From positions 11,332 through 75,331 of the forward strand of contig DUTP01000005.1 in assembly GCA_012842045.1 (NCBI GenBank): a stretch of 64,000 bases of DNA. Direction: 5' to 3'. This document shows positions 56,736 to 64,000 of the stretch, one piece after another. The stretch is from Candidatus Dojkabacteria bacterium. Lineage in GTDB: Bacteria > Patescibacteriota > Dojkabacteria > SC72. The notes beneath the pieces were generated by a model that had not been told where the DNA came from, made no database searches, and worked only from the letters and a program-made list of their open reading frames with translations. The stretch's first letter is position 1. Each line of letters begins with the position of its first letter. The position numbers and the translations under genes are program-made.

Positions 56736-58142
56736 ATGAAATTGAAGAAACTTTCTAAAAAAGATGTTTTAACAATATCTTTGTTTTTAGTAGTTTTTCT
56801 TTTAACAATACCATTCGCTAAAGAATCCATAGGTAGATTTCTTGTTATTGAAACCTTTGTTCTTCTTTATCTAATAATATTTCTTTTTTATAGAAGCACG
56901 TTTCTTTCTTTTGTATTTTTACTATTTCTAGTACTACCATTCAATATCACATATCAGATACCTATACCTGTAGAACAAAGTATGTCTAACGGTTTGATAG
57001 TTAACTACTTAATTCCTACAATCTCCGTTTTAGATTTAGTTGTAGGAATATTCTTAACATCAGTATTTTTGCAAGAAGGTTTAGCTTTCTTTAAAAAAGT
57101 GTGTGGAAAATATAGACTAGGTTTGATTATATTTTTTGTTTTTCTTCTAATTCAAAATGTTTTTCTACAAAACTTATTAAGTATTTTAAACAGTGTAAGA
57201 CTATTCTCATATCTTTTAGCATTCATTTTGATATTAGAAAAATTTCCAATTAAGAAAAAAGTAATCTCCCCTACCCTGTTTTCAGTTCCCATCTTGTTTT
57301 CAGTGCTAGTCCAAGGAATTATCGGTTTAAAACAATTTGTAAGAGGAGTTTCTTTAGGTTGGAATTTTCTGGGAGAATCTCAAGTTTCAACTACAATGCT
57401 TGGTTCTAGTTTTATTAGTTTAAACTCAGGGTCTTTCCTTAGAGCTTACGGTACGTTCCCACACCCTAATGTTTTAGGAGGTTTTTTTCTTCTAACTTTT
57501 TTTGCTTCACTTTTTCTTTTTAAGATATCAAAAGGAAAGAAAAAATTTATTCCGATTATTACAATGATTCTCTCTGTAGGTTTTTCCTTTTTAACATTCT
57601 CAAGAACAGTTATAGTCCTCTTTCTTTTAGTACTGTTTGTATTATTAATTAAAAAAATCTTTGTTAAGAAAAAGATTAATAGTTTTTTACCTACGATTTT
57701 GTTTGAGAGATTTTTTCAAGGATTTAAAGAGATGGATAATAGTTTGGTTGATAGGAGAAATTTAATTAAATCTAGCTATATTGTTTTTAAGGAAAACTTT
57801 CTTTTGGGTACAGGGTTAGGCAATTTTGTTCGAGAGATGGGGATAAATGCACCTAAGACTGTAAAGGGGATGTCTTTGATGCAACCTGTACATAATGTTT
57901 TTTTGCTTTTATTATGTGAATTCGGTGTGTTTGGATTTTTATCTTTTCTGTTTTTAATATTTGATATTTTAAGGAAGAACATTAAGAGAGTGACTCTTTT
58001 TGGAGTCTTAATTTGCTTGGTTGTAATTAGTATTAGCTTAGTAGATCACTATTTCATATCCATACCTCAAGGTTTGATAATGTTTTTAACTATGTTCTCT
58101 CTTATAGTTTTTGAATCAAAAGCAAGGAGGTTGTTGAAGTGA
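56736..58142 (+). CDS. O-antigen ligase/polymerase-like (Wzy_C-type) polytopic membrane protein
   Basis: About 12 TMs with a central extracytoplasmic loop containing LRAYGTFPHPNVLGGFFLLTF, typical of the O-antigen ligase family. Confidence 0.55.
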   Translation: MKLKKLSKKDVLTISLFLVVFLLTIPFAKESIGRFLVIETFVLLYLIIFLFYRSTFLSFVFLLFLVLPFNITYQIPIPVEQSMSNGLIVNYLIPTISVLDLVVGIFLTSVFLQEGLAFFKKVCGKYRLGLIIFFVFLLIQNVFLQNLLSILNSVRLFSYLLAFILILEKFPIKKKVISPTLFSVPILFSVLVQGIIGLKQFVRGVSLGWNFLGESQVSTTMLGSSFISLNSGSFLRAYGTFPHPNVLGGFFLLTFFASLFLFKISKGKKKFIPIITMILSVGFSFLTFSRTVIVLFLLVLFVLLIKKIFVKKKINSFLPTILFERFFQGFKEMDNSLVDRRNLIKSSYIVFKENFLLGTGLGNFVREMGINAPKTVKGMSLMQPVHNVFLLLLCEFGVFGFLSFLFLIFDILRKNIKRVTLFGVLICLVVISISLVDHYFISIPQGLIMFLTMFSLIVFESKARRLLK

Positions 58143-58232
58143 TGGCGGAGAGAGTGGGATTCGAACCCACGGTATGATTACTCATACGAACGCTTTCCAA
58201 GCGTTTCCTTTCGACCACTCAGGCATCTCTCC
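58143..58232 (-). tRNA. tRNA-Ser (anticodon GGA), long variable arm, CCA encoded
   Basis: Reverse strand reads GGAGAGAUGCCUGAGUGGUCGAAAGGAAACGCUUGGAAAGCGUUCGUAUGAGUAAUCAUACCGUGGGUUCGAAUCCCACUCUCUCCGCCA. Anticodon loop UUGGAAA. Confidence 0.85.
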
Positions 58233-58294
58233 AGAGCGTGAGAATTTTATCAAAAATTATTGATTTAATCTAGTAGGTGTGGTAGTTTGTAGGT

Positions 58295-58996
58295 ATGAAA
58301 AAACTGCTTAGCTTCATATTTTTTATCATACTTCTATTTTTCATTTTTACAGGAACAAAACAGATTTTTGTTGGAGCAAAGAGTTTTTTTAGCAAGTATA
58401 AGGAGGAGATAGTGGAAGAAGATTTGTCTAATATTGCTATTCAAAAGAAAAAGATTGAAAAAAAGAAGAAGGTTGAAGGTGTTATGGTTCCTCGTTATTG
58501 GAAGAATGGAGTTCAGGCAGAAGAGAATGATTACTTGAAAGGTTATGTTCCTTCTATTAGAGAATTTCAGAAGTATATCGCAATTAAGGACAATATTCTG
58601 TACGGAAGTGTTGAGGGAGTTGAAATGTTTCCTGATAGGAAACATTTATTATCGATGTTAACAAAAGCTAATACCATTTTCGTAGAAGGAATGGCAAATG
58701 AAAACAGCTATTTTGACTGGTCAGATGAAAATTGCTCTGTGTTTGAAAACGGTTTTGAAGGAGAGAAGATTTTTGTTTGTGATAATTGGGTAAATTGGAT
58801 GAAAAGAAAGATAGATGAGCCGTTTTTTGTTCTTACAGATTGTCGGATTGGTAATGAAATAGGAAAATGTGTATTTTTAGACTACACTAATGTATACTTT
58901 TTAGAGAAGAAGATTGAAGAAACTAGGTGTATGTCAAAAGAGTATGCTGAAGTATGTAAGGTTGAGAATTATAGAGAGAAAATTAGATATAAATAA
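58295..58996 (+). CDS. Hypothetical secreted/membrane-anchored protein (233 aa)
   Basis: N-terminal signal/anchor (LLSFIFFIILLFFIFTGT). The mature part has several Cys. No motif recognised. Confidence 0.4.
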   Translation: MKKLLSFIFFIILLFFIFTGTKQIFVGAKSFFSKYKEEIVEEDLSNIAIQKKKIEKKKKVEGVMVPRYWKNGVQAEENDYLKGYVPSIREFQKYIAIKDNILYGSVEGVEMFPDRKHLLSMLTKANTIFVEGMANENSYFDWSDENCSVFENGFEGEKIFVCDNWVNWMKRKIDEPFFVLTDCRIGNEIGKCVFLDYTNVYFLEKKIEETRCMSKEYAEVCKVENYREKIRYK

Positions 58997-59013
58997 ATTT
59001 TGAAAACTGTCCT

Positions 59014-60912
59014 ATGAAGAAAGCTTTAAGAGCTCTACTCCTCTCCTTTTTACTTCTTTTTACTTTTACAGGGGCATCTTTCGCAGCAGAAGAAAATAGT
59101 GTTGAGGCTAAAAACTGTATAGATATGGAGGCGTATTACGATGAGGTTAAAAACTCTAGCCAGGCACTAACAGGAGAGTCTCAAAGTTTTGATTCTATTA
59201 GAAGAACTGAAATGCTGACTACATTTTTAGATATTATCAGTGTTTTTGTTGGAGATGGAATTTACTGTATAAAGGACGAAACTGCAGCTGCAAAAACAAC
59301 AGCTTTTGAGTCTGATGGGCTTATTGGAATGTTGGAAAGTGGTAGTACATCTTTACTTGCAAATCTTCCGTATGTGGGGGTTGCAGACCACTTAGCCCAA
59401 GAGTTTGTCCCTGGCTATAAAGAGAACAACTCTGTTATGGCTATTGATGATGGTACTAGTACGGCTCCTGAAACCTGTTTCGACCCTTCTGGAGGTATGT
59501 GTCCTTGTGAAAAGAGTGTTTGTAGTGAATGCACTACTGATGAAGGTGAAGTATGTACCAACGAAGAACCTGAGTCTGGTAAGTGTGTTTTTAGAGGAAC
59601 AGATAAAACCTGTGCTTGTAATTCAGATCCAAGGTGTATTTCTGCAGAGGAAGCAAAGGGTGCTGAAACTGCTGGTGGTGTAGGAGAAAAGATTCGGGAA
59701 TGGATTTTAGATGCAATGTCAAAATATCTGGGTCTTGGTGGAATAGACTATAGGAAAATGAAGGAAGATGCTGCTCAGGCTGTAGAGGATAAAAGTGGTT
59801 TTGAGTATTTACATGAAAGTATTAGACTTAGTGCACTTTGGTCAGTTACACGCAATATTGCCTACTTGTTCTTTGTCATAGCCATGATAATCATAGGTTT
59901 TATGATTATGTTCAGGAACAAGATAGGTGGTCAGGTAATGGTCACAGTAAGTAATTCAATACCCCGCATAATAGTTTGCTTGATACTAGTAACATTTAGT
60001 TTTGCGATATCTGGCATCATGCTTGATCTTGGTAAGATGGCTATGAATATTGTTAGTAAAACTATGGCTAAGGCTCAGTATGAGGTGACAGGAGAGCCTG
60101 TTGCTAGTGTAGATATAGCCGGTGTTGGAAACCTCATGGACAGGGCGGTTTACGAATTGGAGGAAGGCGATAGAATTAGTTTAGATATTGCAGAAGATTC
60201 TAAAACAGAAGAAGAATTGAACGAGATTCTAAAAAAAGCTCATTATGATGAAATAGAAAATGACGATTCCTGGGTGGGTAAAGCAAAGAGTACTGCAGTT
60301 AAAATTTTATTACGTGCAAATCTGTCTCTTTTAACACATGCTCTAAAAGGGGCAAGAATAAGTGTTCCTTTTTTGGATATTGTAAAGAACATTGTTATAA
60401 CAGGGCTTGTAGAGATTCCTAACTTTTCTCGACTTCTTAAATCTGTACTTTTTCTCTTGATCGCGGCATTTGCCTCTTTTAAATTATTTATTACGATACT
60501 AACATCGTATGCTAAGATTTTTGTAAATGTTGTCCTGGGCCCTATTCAGATAGCTATGGGAGCAATACCTGGTAATTTTAATTCTGTCACTAGGTGGTTT
60601 AAAACAATCCTTTCAAATGTTCTCGTTTTTCCTACTATAGTTGCAATCCTTGAATTTGCGAAGTTTTTTGCATTGGCTATTAGGCCTGAAAAGTTTGTGT
60701 TCTTTGGTCAATCAGGAGTGTTTTTACCTGACGGCTTTATTAGTATAGGTGGGGTATTTTTCATAGCAGGTTATTTCTTTGCAGCCAATGCCCCAAATCT
60801 CATTAAGGGGATTATAAAAGTTGAAGAGGATAAAACAATGACAGCCGCAGGTGCTTCCGTTAAGGAGAGTATGTCGAAACTTCCTCTAATAGGTGGTATG
60901 TTTGGTAAATAA
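59014..60912 (+). CDS. Large secreted polytopic membrane protein, paralog 1 (signal peptide, Cys-rich ectodomain, ~6 C-terminal TMs)
   Basis: Signal peptide (…TGASFA/AEEN). Cys-rich ectodomain (…CPCEKSVCSECTTDEGEVCTNEEPESGKCVFRGTDKTCACNSDPRCI). Multi-TM C-terminal half ending ...KVEEDKTMTAAGASVKESMSKLPLIGGMFGK. Paralogous to 60935..63634. Confidence 0.5.
   Translation: MKKALRALLLSFLLLFTFTGASFAAEENSVEAKNCIDMEAYYDEVKNSSQALTGESQSFDSIRRTEMLTTFLDIISVFVGDGIYCIKDETAAAKTTAFESDGLIGMLESGSTSLLANLPYVGVADHLAQEFVPGYKENNSVMAIDDGTSTAPETCFDPSGGMCPCEKSVCSECTTDEGEVCTNEEPESGKCVFRGTDKTCACNSDPRCISAEEAKGAETAGGVGEKIREWILDAMSKYLGLGGIDYRKMKEDAAQAVEDKSGFEYLHESIRLSALWSVTRNIAYLFFVIAMIIIGFMIMFRNKIGGQVMVTVSNSIPRIIVCLILVTFSFAISGIMLDLGKMAMNIVSKTMAKAQYEVTGEPVASVDIAGVGNLMDRAVYELEEGDRISLDIAEDSKTEEELNEILKKAHYDEIENDDSWVGKAKSTAVKILLRANLSLLTHALKGARISVPFLDIVKNIVITGLVEIPNFSRLLKSVLFLLIAAFASFKLFITILTSYAKIFVNVVLGPIQIAMGAIPGNFNSVTRWFKTILSNVLVFPTIVAILEFAKFFALAIRPEKFVFFGQSGVFLPDGFISIGGVFFIAGYFFAANAPNLIKGIIKVEEDKTMTAAGASVKESMSKLPLIGGMFGK
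59794..60059 (+). repeat. 266-bp near-identical DNA segment shared by the two paralogs (copy 1)
   Basis: Read directly: copy 1 and copy 2 (62471..62736) differ at roughly 10 positions. Flanking DNA is much more diverged even where the proteins align. Confidence 0.85.
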
Positions 60913-60934
60913 AAATAAGTTTTGAAATAATTTT

Positions 60935-63634
60935 ATGAAGAAAATTCTGAATATCTTACTTCTATCTACACTTTTTCTTCTCTCTTCTTTCAGGGTTTCA
61001 TTTGCCGAGGAGTCAAAAATTATTAAAGAACAAAATGGAGGTGTGTGTATTGATCTGGCTGCATATTACGAAGCAGCTAATATGACCAGTCAAGCACTTA
61101 CAGGAAAAGAACAAAGTCCTCTTGCAACTAAAAAAGCTAGAAATATAGCGACACTGACAAATATAATTGGAATTTTAATGGGAGATAGTATTTATTGTGT
61201 TAATGATGGGGAAGCTGCTTCTAAAACAAAGATGTTGAAAAACCACGGAATTCTAGGTGCTTTAAATGGTTCTACCTATGCATTACTTGCAAGTACTCCT
61301 ACGGTTAGGGTTGGTGATCATTTAGCTCAAGAATTTATACCTGGTTATGGGGATAATAACAGGGCTTCTGCTGCAGATAAATATGTTTGGAATGACAATA
61401 ACTACGTATATTATTCAAACTTAGAAAAGGAGGTTAAGTGTGGAGATCTTCAAGGTATTGATATAGATGTATATAATTTCTTCAAGAATGATAAAAGATG
61501 TAAGAACAAAAAAATAGTAAATATCGAAAAGGGTTTGGGGGAAATAAATAAAGAAGATTTTGATGATCATTGTGGTGATAAGGAAAACTTAAGTATTGAA
61601 CACCAAAATTGTTTTTGGGACTATGTTGGTTATCCAGCTGATAAGAAGCTAGTGTGTGTGACTAATGCGTGGGGTAGAGAAAACTGTTCAATGGAGCCAG
61701 TAGGTGTGTGGGATAGTGTATGTTTAAATACATGTTTTGATGGTAACCATCAAGCTTATTTTCAAGCTTATTTGGATCTAGCCCATACTGAAGTAGAACC
61801 TCCAGTTGAAGGGTCTGAATGTCCTGAATATTGTGAGGTATGTGAAGACGTACCAGGACAAAATTTTAGAGATCTCGGTGACAGTGTGTTGGCATATAAT
61901 GGGGAGGGAAGAGATAAAGGAACTCAAGGAGGAACAATGCTTCAGTTAACACAGCAGGAACGCTTTGAGGCTGATCAGTGTGTTAAAAAATTAAAGGATG
62001 GTAATAGTTATAATAACTATTTAAACCTATTGAAAGAATTGGGCGTTGATTGGCAAGAAGGAGATAGTTATTGCTTTTCAAATAATTGGAATTCGCTAAC
62101 TGGTGCATCGGAAGCTGATTGTACACCACACTTTTCTAATGCAGATGTAGATTACTGTATACAAACATATTGTGAAACTGAAGCTTACAGAAAGGCAAAA
62201 GAAAACGAAGTAAGATGTGGTCGTCCGAATGTCAGTTTTTTCTTGGTACAACCAGATAAGTATTATGCAAGTGAATTAGAATGTCAGGCCGATCAAGAAC
62301 AGCGAGAAGAAGAAGTAGAACTCATGCAAGAGGCTATAGATTATAACACAAGCAATATGCTTGATAAATGGAAACAATGGTTGATAAATCAGATATTAAG
62401 TTATTTAGGTTTCGGTACAATAGACTACGCTGCGCTGGATGCACAAGCTCAACAAGCGGCAAACCAAGTTAGTGGTTTTGAGTATTTACATGAAAGTATT
62501 AGACTTAGTGCACTTTGGTCAATCACACGCAATATTGCCTACTTGTTCTTTGTCATAGCCATGATAATCATAGGTTTTATGATTATGTTCAGGAACAAGA
62601 TAGGTGGTCAGGTTATGGTCACAGTAAGTAATTCAATACCCCGCATAATAGTTTGCTTGATACTAGTAACATTTAGTTTTGCGATATCCGGCATCATGCT
62701 TGACCTAGGTAAGATGGCCATGAATGTTGTTAGTAATCGTATGCTTGAAGTTACGAATGAAGTCAAGGTAACAGGGACATCCGTTGATAAGGTAGATTTG
62801 GGTAGCATTGCAAATCTAACAGACCAGCTTTTGTATAAAGCACAACCTCAAGAAACGTCTGTTTTCTCAGGAAGGAACTATGAGGATGAAGTGGGGAAGG
62901 CTATAGATACTAACTTAAATGAGGAGGCGGGAAGAAGTAGGACATCTGCAAAATGGGTAGGTGAAACATCTAGTGTGATAATGAAAATATTTTTAAGATT
63001 AGGGGGCGCATTTTTACTTGGTTCCGCAAGGCAGGCAGATCTTTCTCCTGATGTGTTAACTTTTTTAGCACCCCTATCAGCGCTTGTCTTATCATGGATA
63101 AATCTTGGTTGGAAGCTGTTAATTATTGCATTTCAAATACCGAACTACTCTAGATTACTGAAATTGATAATCTTTTTAATTGTTGCTGTTGTTGCCTCTT
63201 TCAAGCTTTTTGTCACAATAATAACCACATATATTAAAATCTTTGCCAATGTTGTCCTTGGTCCCATCCAAATAGCTATGGGAGCAATACCTGGTAATTT
63301 TGGTTCTGTGGGTAGGTGGTTTAAATCATTAATTGCCAATATTTTAGTTTTCCCTACCATAGCTACTATCTTAGGTTTTGCTCAATTCTTTGCAGCTGCA
63401 ATAGAACCCCAAAAGTTTGTTTTCTTTGGTCAACAGGGGGTCTTCCTCCCCGATGGTATTATTACGATGCAGGGGGTGTTTCTAATAGCTGGTTGTTTTT
63501 TCGCAGCAACTGCACCGAATTTAATTAAAGGAGTTATTAAAATAGAGGAAGACAAAACCATGGCTGCTGCTGGTGATTCTATTAAAAAGAGTATGTCAAA
63601 GATTCCTATGATAGGGGGTATATTTGGTAAGTAA
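60935..63634 (+). CDS. Large secreted polytopic membrane protein, paralog 2, with an additional ~270-aa Cys-rich insert
   Basis: Same architecture and collinear similarity to paralog 1 across the N-terminal region and the multi-TM C-terminal half, which ends ...KIEEDKTMAAAGDSIKKSMSKIPMIGGIFGK. Confidence 0.5.
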   Translation: MKKILNILLLSTLFLLSSFRVSFAEESKIIKEQNGGVCIDLAAYYEAANMTSQALTGKEQSPLATKKARNIATLTNIIGILMGDSIYCVNDGEAASKTKMLKNHGILGALNGSTYALLASTPTVRVGDHLAQEFIPGYGDNNRASAADKYVWNDNNYVYYSNLEKEVKCGDLQGIDIDVYNFFKNDKRCKNKKIVNIEKGLGEINKEDFDDHCGDKENLSIEHQNCFWDYVGYPADKKLVCVTNAWGRENCSMEPVGVWDSVCLNTCFDGNHQAYFQAYLDLAHTEVEPPVEGSECPEYCEVCEDVPGQNFRDLGDSVLAYNGEGRDKGTQGGTMLQLTQQERFEADQCVKKLKDGNSYNNYLNLLKELGVDWQEGDSYCFSNNWNSLTGASEADCTPHFSNADVDYCIQTYCETEAYRKAKENEVRCGRPNVSFFLVQPDKYYASELECQADQEQREEEVELMQEAIDYNTSNMLDKWKQWLINQILSYLGFGTIDYAALDAQAQQAANQVSGFEYLHESIRLSALWSITRNIAYLFFVIAMIIIGFMIMFRNKIGGQVMVTVSNSIPRIIVCLILVTFSFAISGIMLDLGKMAMNVVSNRMLEVTNEVKVTGTSVDKVDLGSIANLTDQLLYKAQPQETSVFSGRNYEDEVGKAIDTNLNEEAGRSRTSAKWVGETSSVIMKIFLRLGGAFLLGSARQADLSPDVLTFLAPLSALVLSWINLGWKLLIIAFQIPNYSRLLKLIIFLIVAVVASFKLFVTIITTYIKIFANVVLGPIQIAMGAIPGNFGSVGRWFKSLIANILVFPTIATILGFAQFFAAAIEPQKFVFFGQQGVFLPDGIITMQGVFLIAGCFFAATAPNLIKGVIKIEEDKTMAAAGDSIKKSMSKIPMIGGIFGK
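62471..62736 (+). repeat. 266-bp near-identical DNA segment shared by the two paralogs (copy 2)
   Basis: See copy 1. Confidence 0.85.
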
Positions 63635-63650
63635 ATATACATATTTAATT

Positions 63651-64000
63651 ATGAATAAAAGACAACAACAAAAAAGTGTATACGATTCCGTTTTCGACTT
63701 TATCTTTTCTGTGCAACAGTCTGGAGAAAATAAACCTTTTCCTAAACCCCCCTCCTCTGCTGGTGTATATGCATCTTCTCTAATAGAAATAGGAACACAA
63801 CCAGCAATATATCCACTGGAATCTGCTTTTAGAACAATAAATGGGTATGTTGAGGGTCAAACACAGGTAGATCTAGGAGATGGTGTGTCTGTTAGTATGG
63901 GTTCTATCTTAAGAGGAGAAGGTAATAAAGATATAAAGAAGGAAATTTCTAAAAACAGAGCACGGGCTAATTTTGCCAGAATAGGAGGAAACTTACACTC
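63651..64000 (+). CDS. Hypothetical protein, N-terminal fragment running off the right edge of the window
   Basis: ATG at 63651 (MNKRQQQKSVYDSVFDFIFSVQQSGENKPFPKPP...). The frame is open to the end of the window. Confidence 0.3.
   Translation, partial: MNKRQQQKSVYDSVFDFIFSVQQSGENKPFPKPPSSAGVYASSLIEIGTQPAIYPLESAFRTINGYVEGQTQVDLGDGVSVSMGSILRGEGNKDIKKEISKNRARANFARIGGNLH

Noticed and set aside
59794-62736. Diversity-generating retroelement (TR/VR pair) explaining the 266-bp near-repeat
   Set aside because: There is no reverse transcriptase in the window. The mismatches between the copies are not adenine-specific. The repeat lies in a TM-rich region rather than a C-terminal lectin-fold variable region.
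1-64000. CRISPR arrays or cas genes
   Set aside because: No regularly spaced direct repeats were seen anywhere in the window. The only Cas4-like domain is the C-terminal nuclease of the UvrD-type helicase, an AddB-like repair context.

Overview
AT-rich (~33% GC), densely packed bacterial chromosome segment with small genes and many membrane-anchored proteins of unknown function. The gene content looks like a Patescibacteria/CPR-type organism, although that placement is an inference. The window spans the chromosomal replication origin: rpmH-rnpA-yidD-(NYN)-yidC-jag on the + strand and dnaA-dnaN on the - strand, with a cluster of DnaA boxes in the dnaA-dnaN spacer. Gene strand bias flips at this point, as expected for leading-strand co-orientation. 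Recognisable core genes include ftsH, efp, smpB, dgkA, nfo, a compact UvrD-type helicase with a C-terminal Cas4-like nuclease, a SpoIID-like protein, a VanY/M15 carboxypeptidase, a SpoU methyltransferase, an Hsp20 with a CIRCE operator, an XerC/D-type recombinase, an FtsB-like protein and a partial polA at the left edge. RNA genes: six tRNAs (elongator Met-CAU, initiator fMet-CAU with C1·A72, Ile-UAU, Ser-GCU, Ser-CGA, Ser-GGA) and a clear tmRNA (ssrA). Accessory or system-like content: (1) a complete type IV pilus operon (pilin, PilB, PilC, three pseudopilins including a 647-aa minor pilin, PilD); (2) a HinfI/CcrM-like Type II R-M pair that is co-directional with two uncharacterised genes and, across the tmRNA, a tandem pair of paralogous unknown genes; (3) a tandem array of five small two-TM VirB2/T4SS-pilin-like paralogs, together with a separately located TraG/VirD4-like membrane ATPase; (4) two large paralogous polytopic membrane proteins with Cys-rich ectodomains that share a 266-bp near-identical internal DNA segment, suggesting recent gene conversion; (5) an extracytoplasmic glutaredoxin-like CPYC membrane protein. 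No CRISPR array, reverse transcriptase or prophage structural genes were seen. All calls rest on motif recognition by eye; no database searches or folding computations were run.
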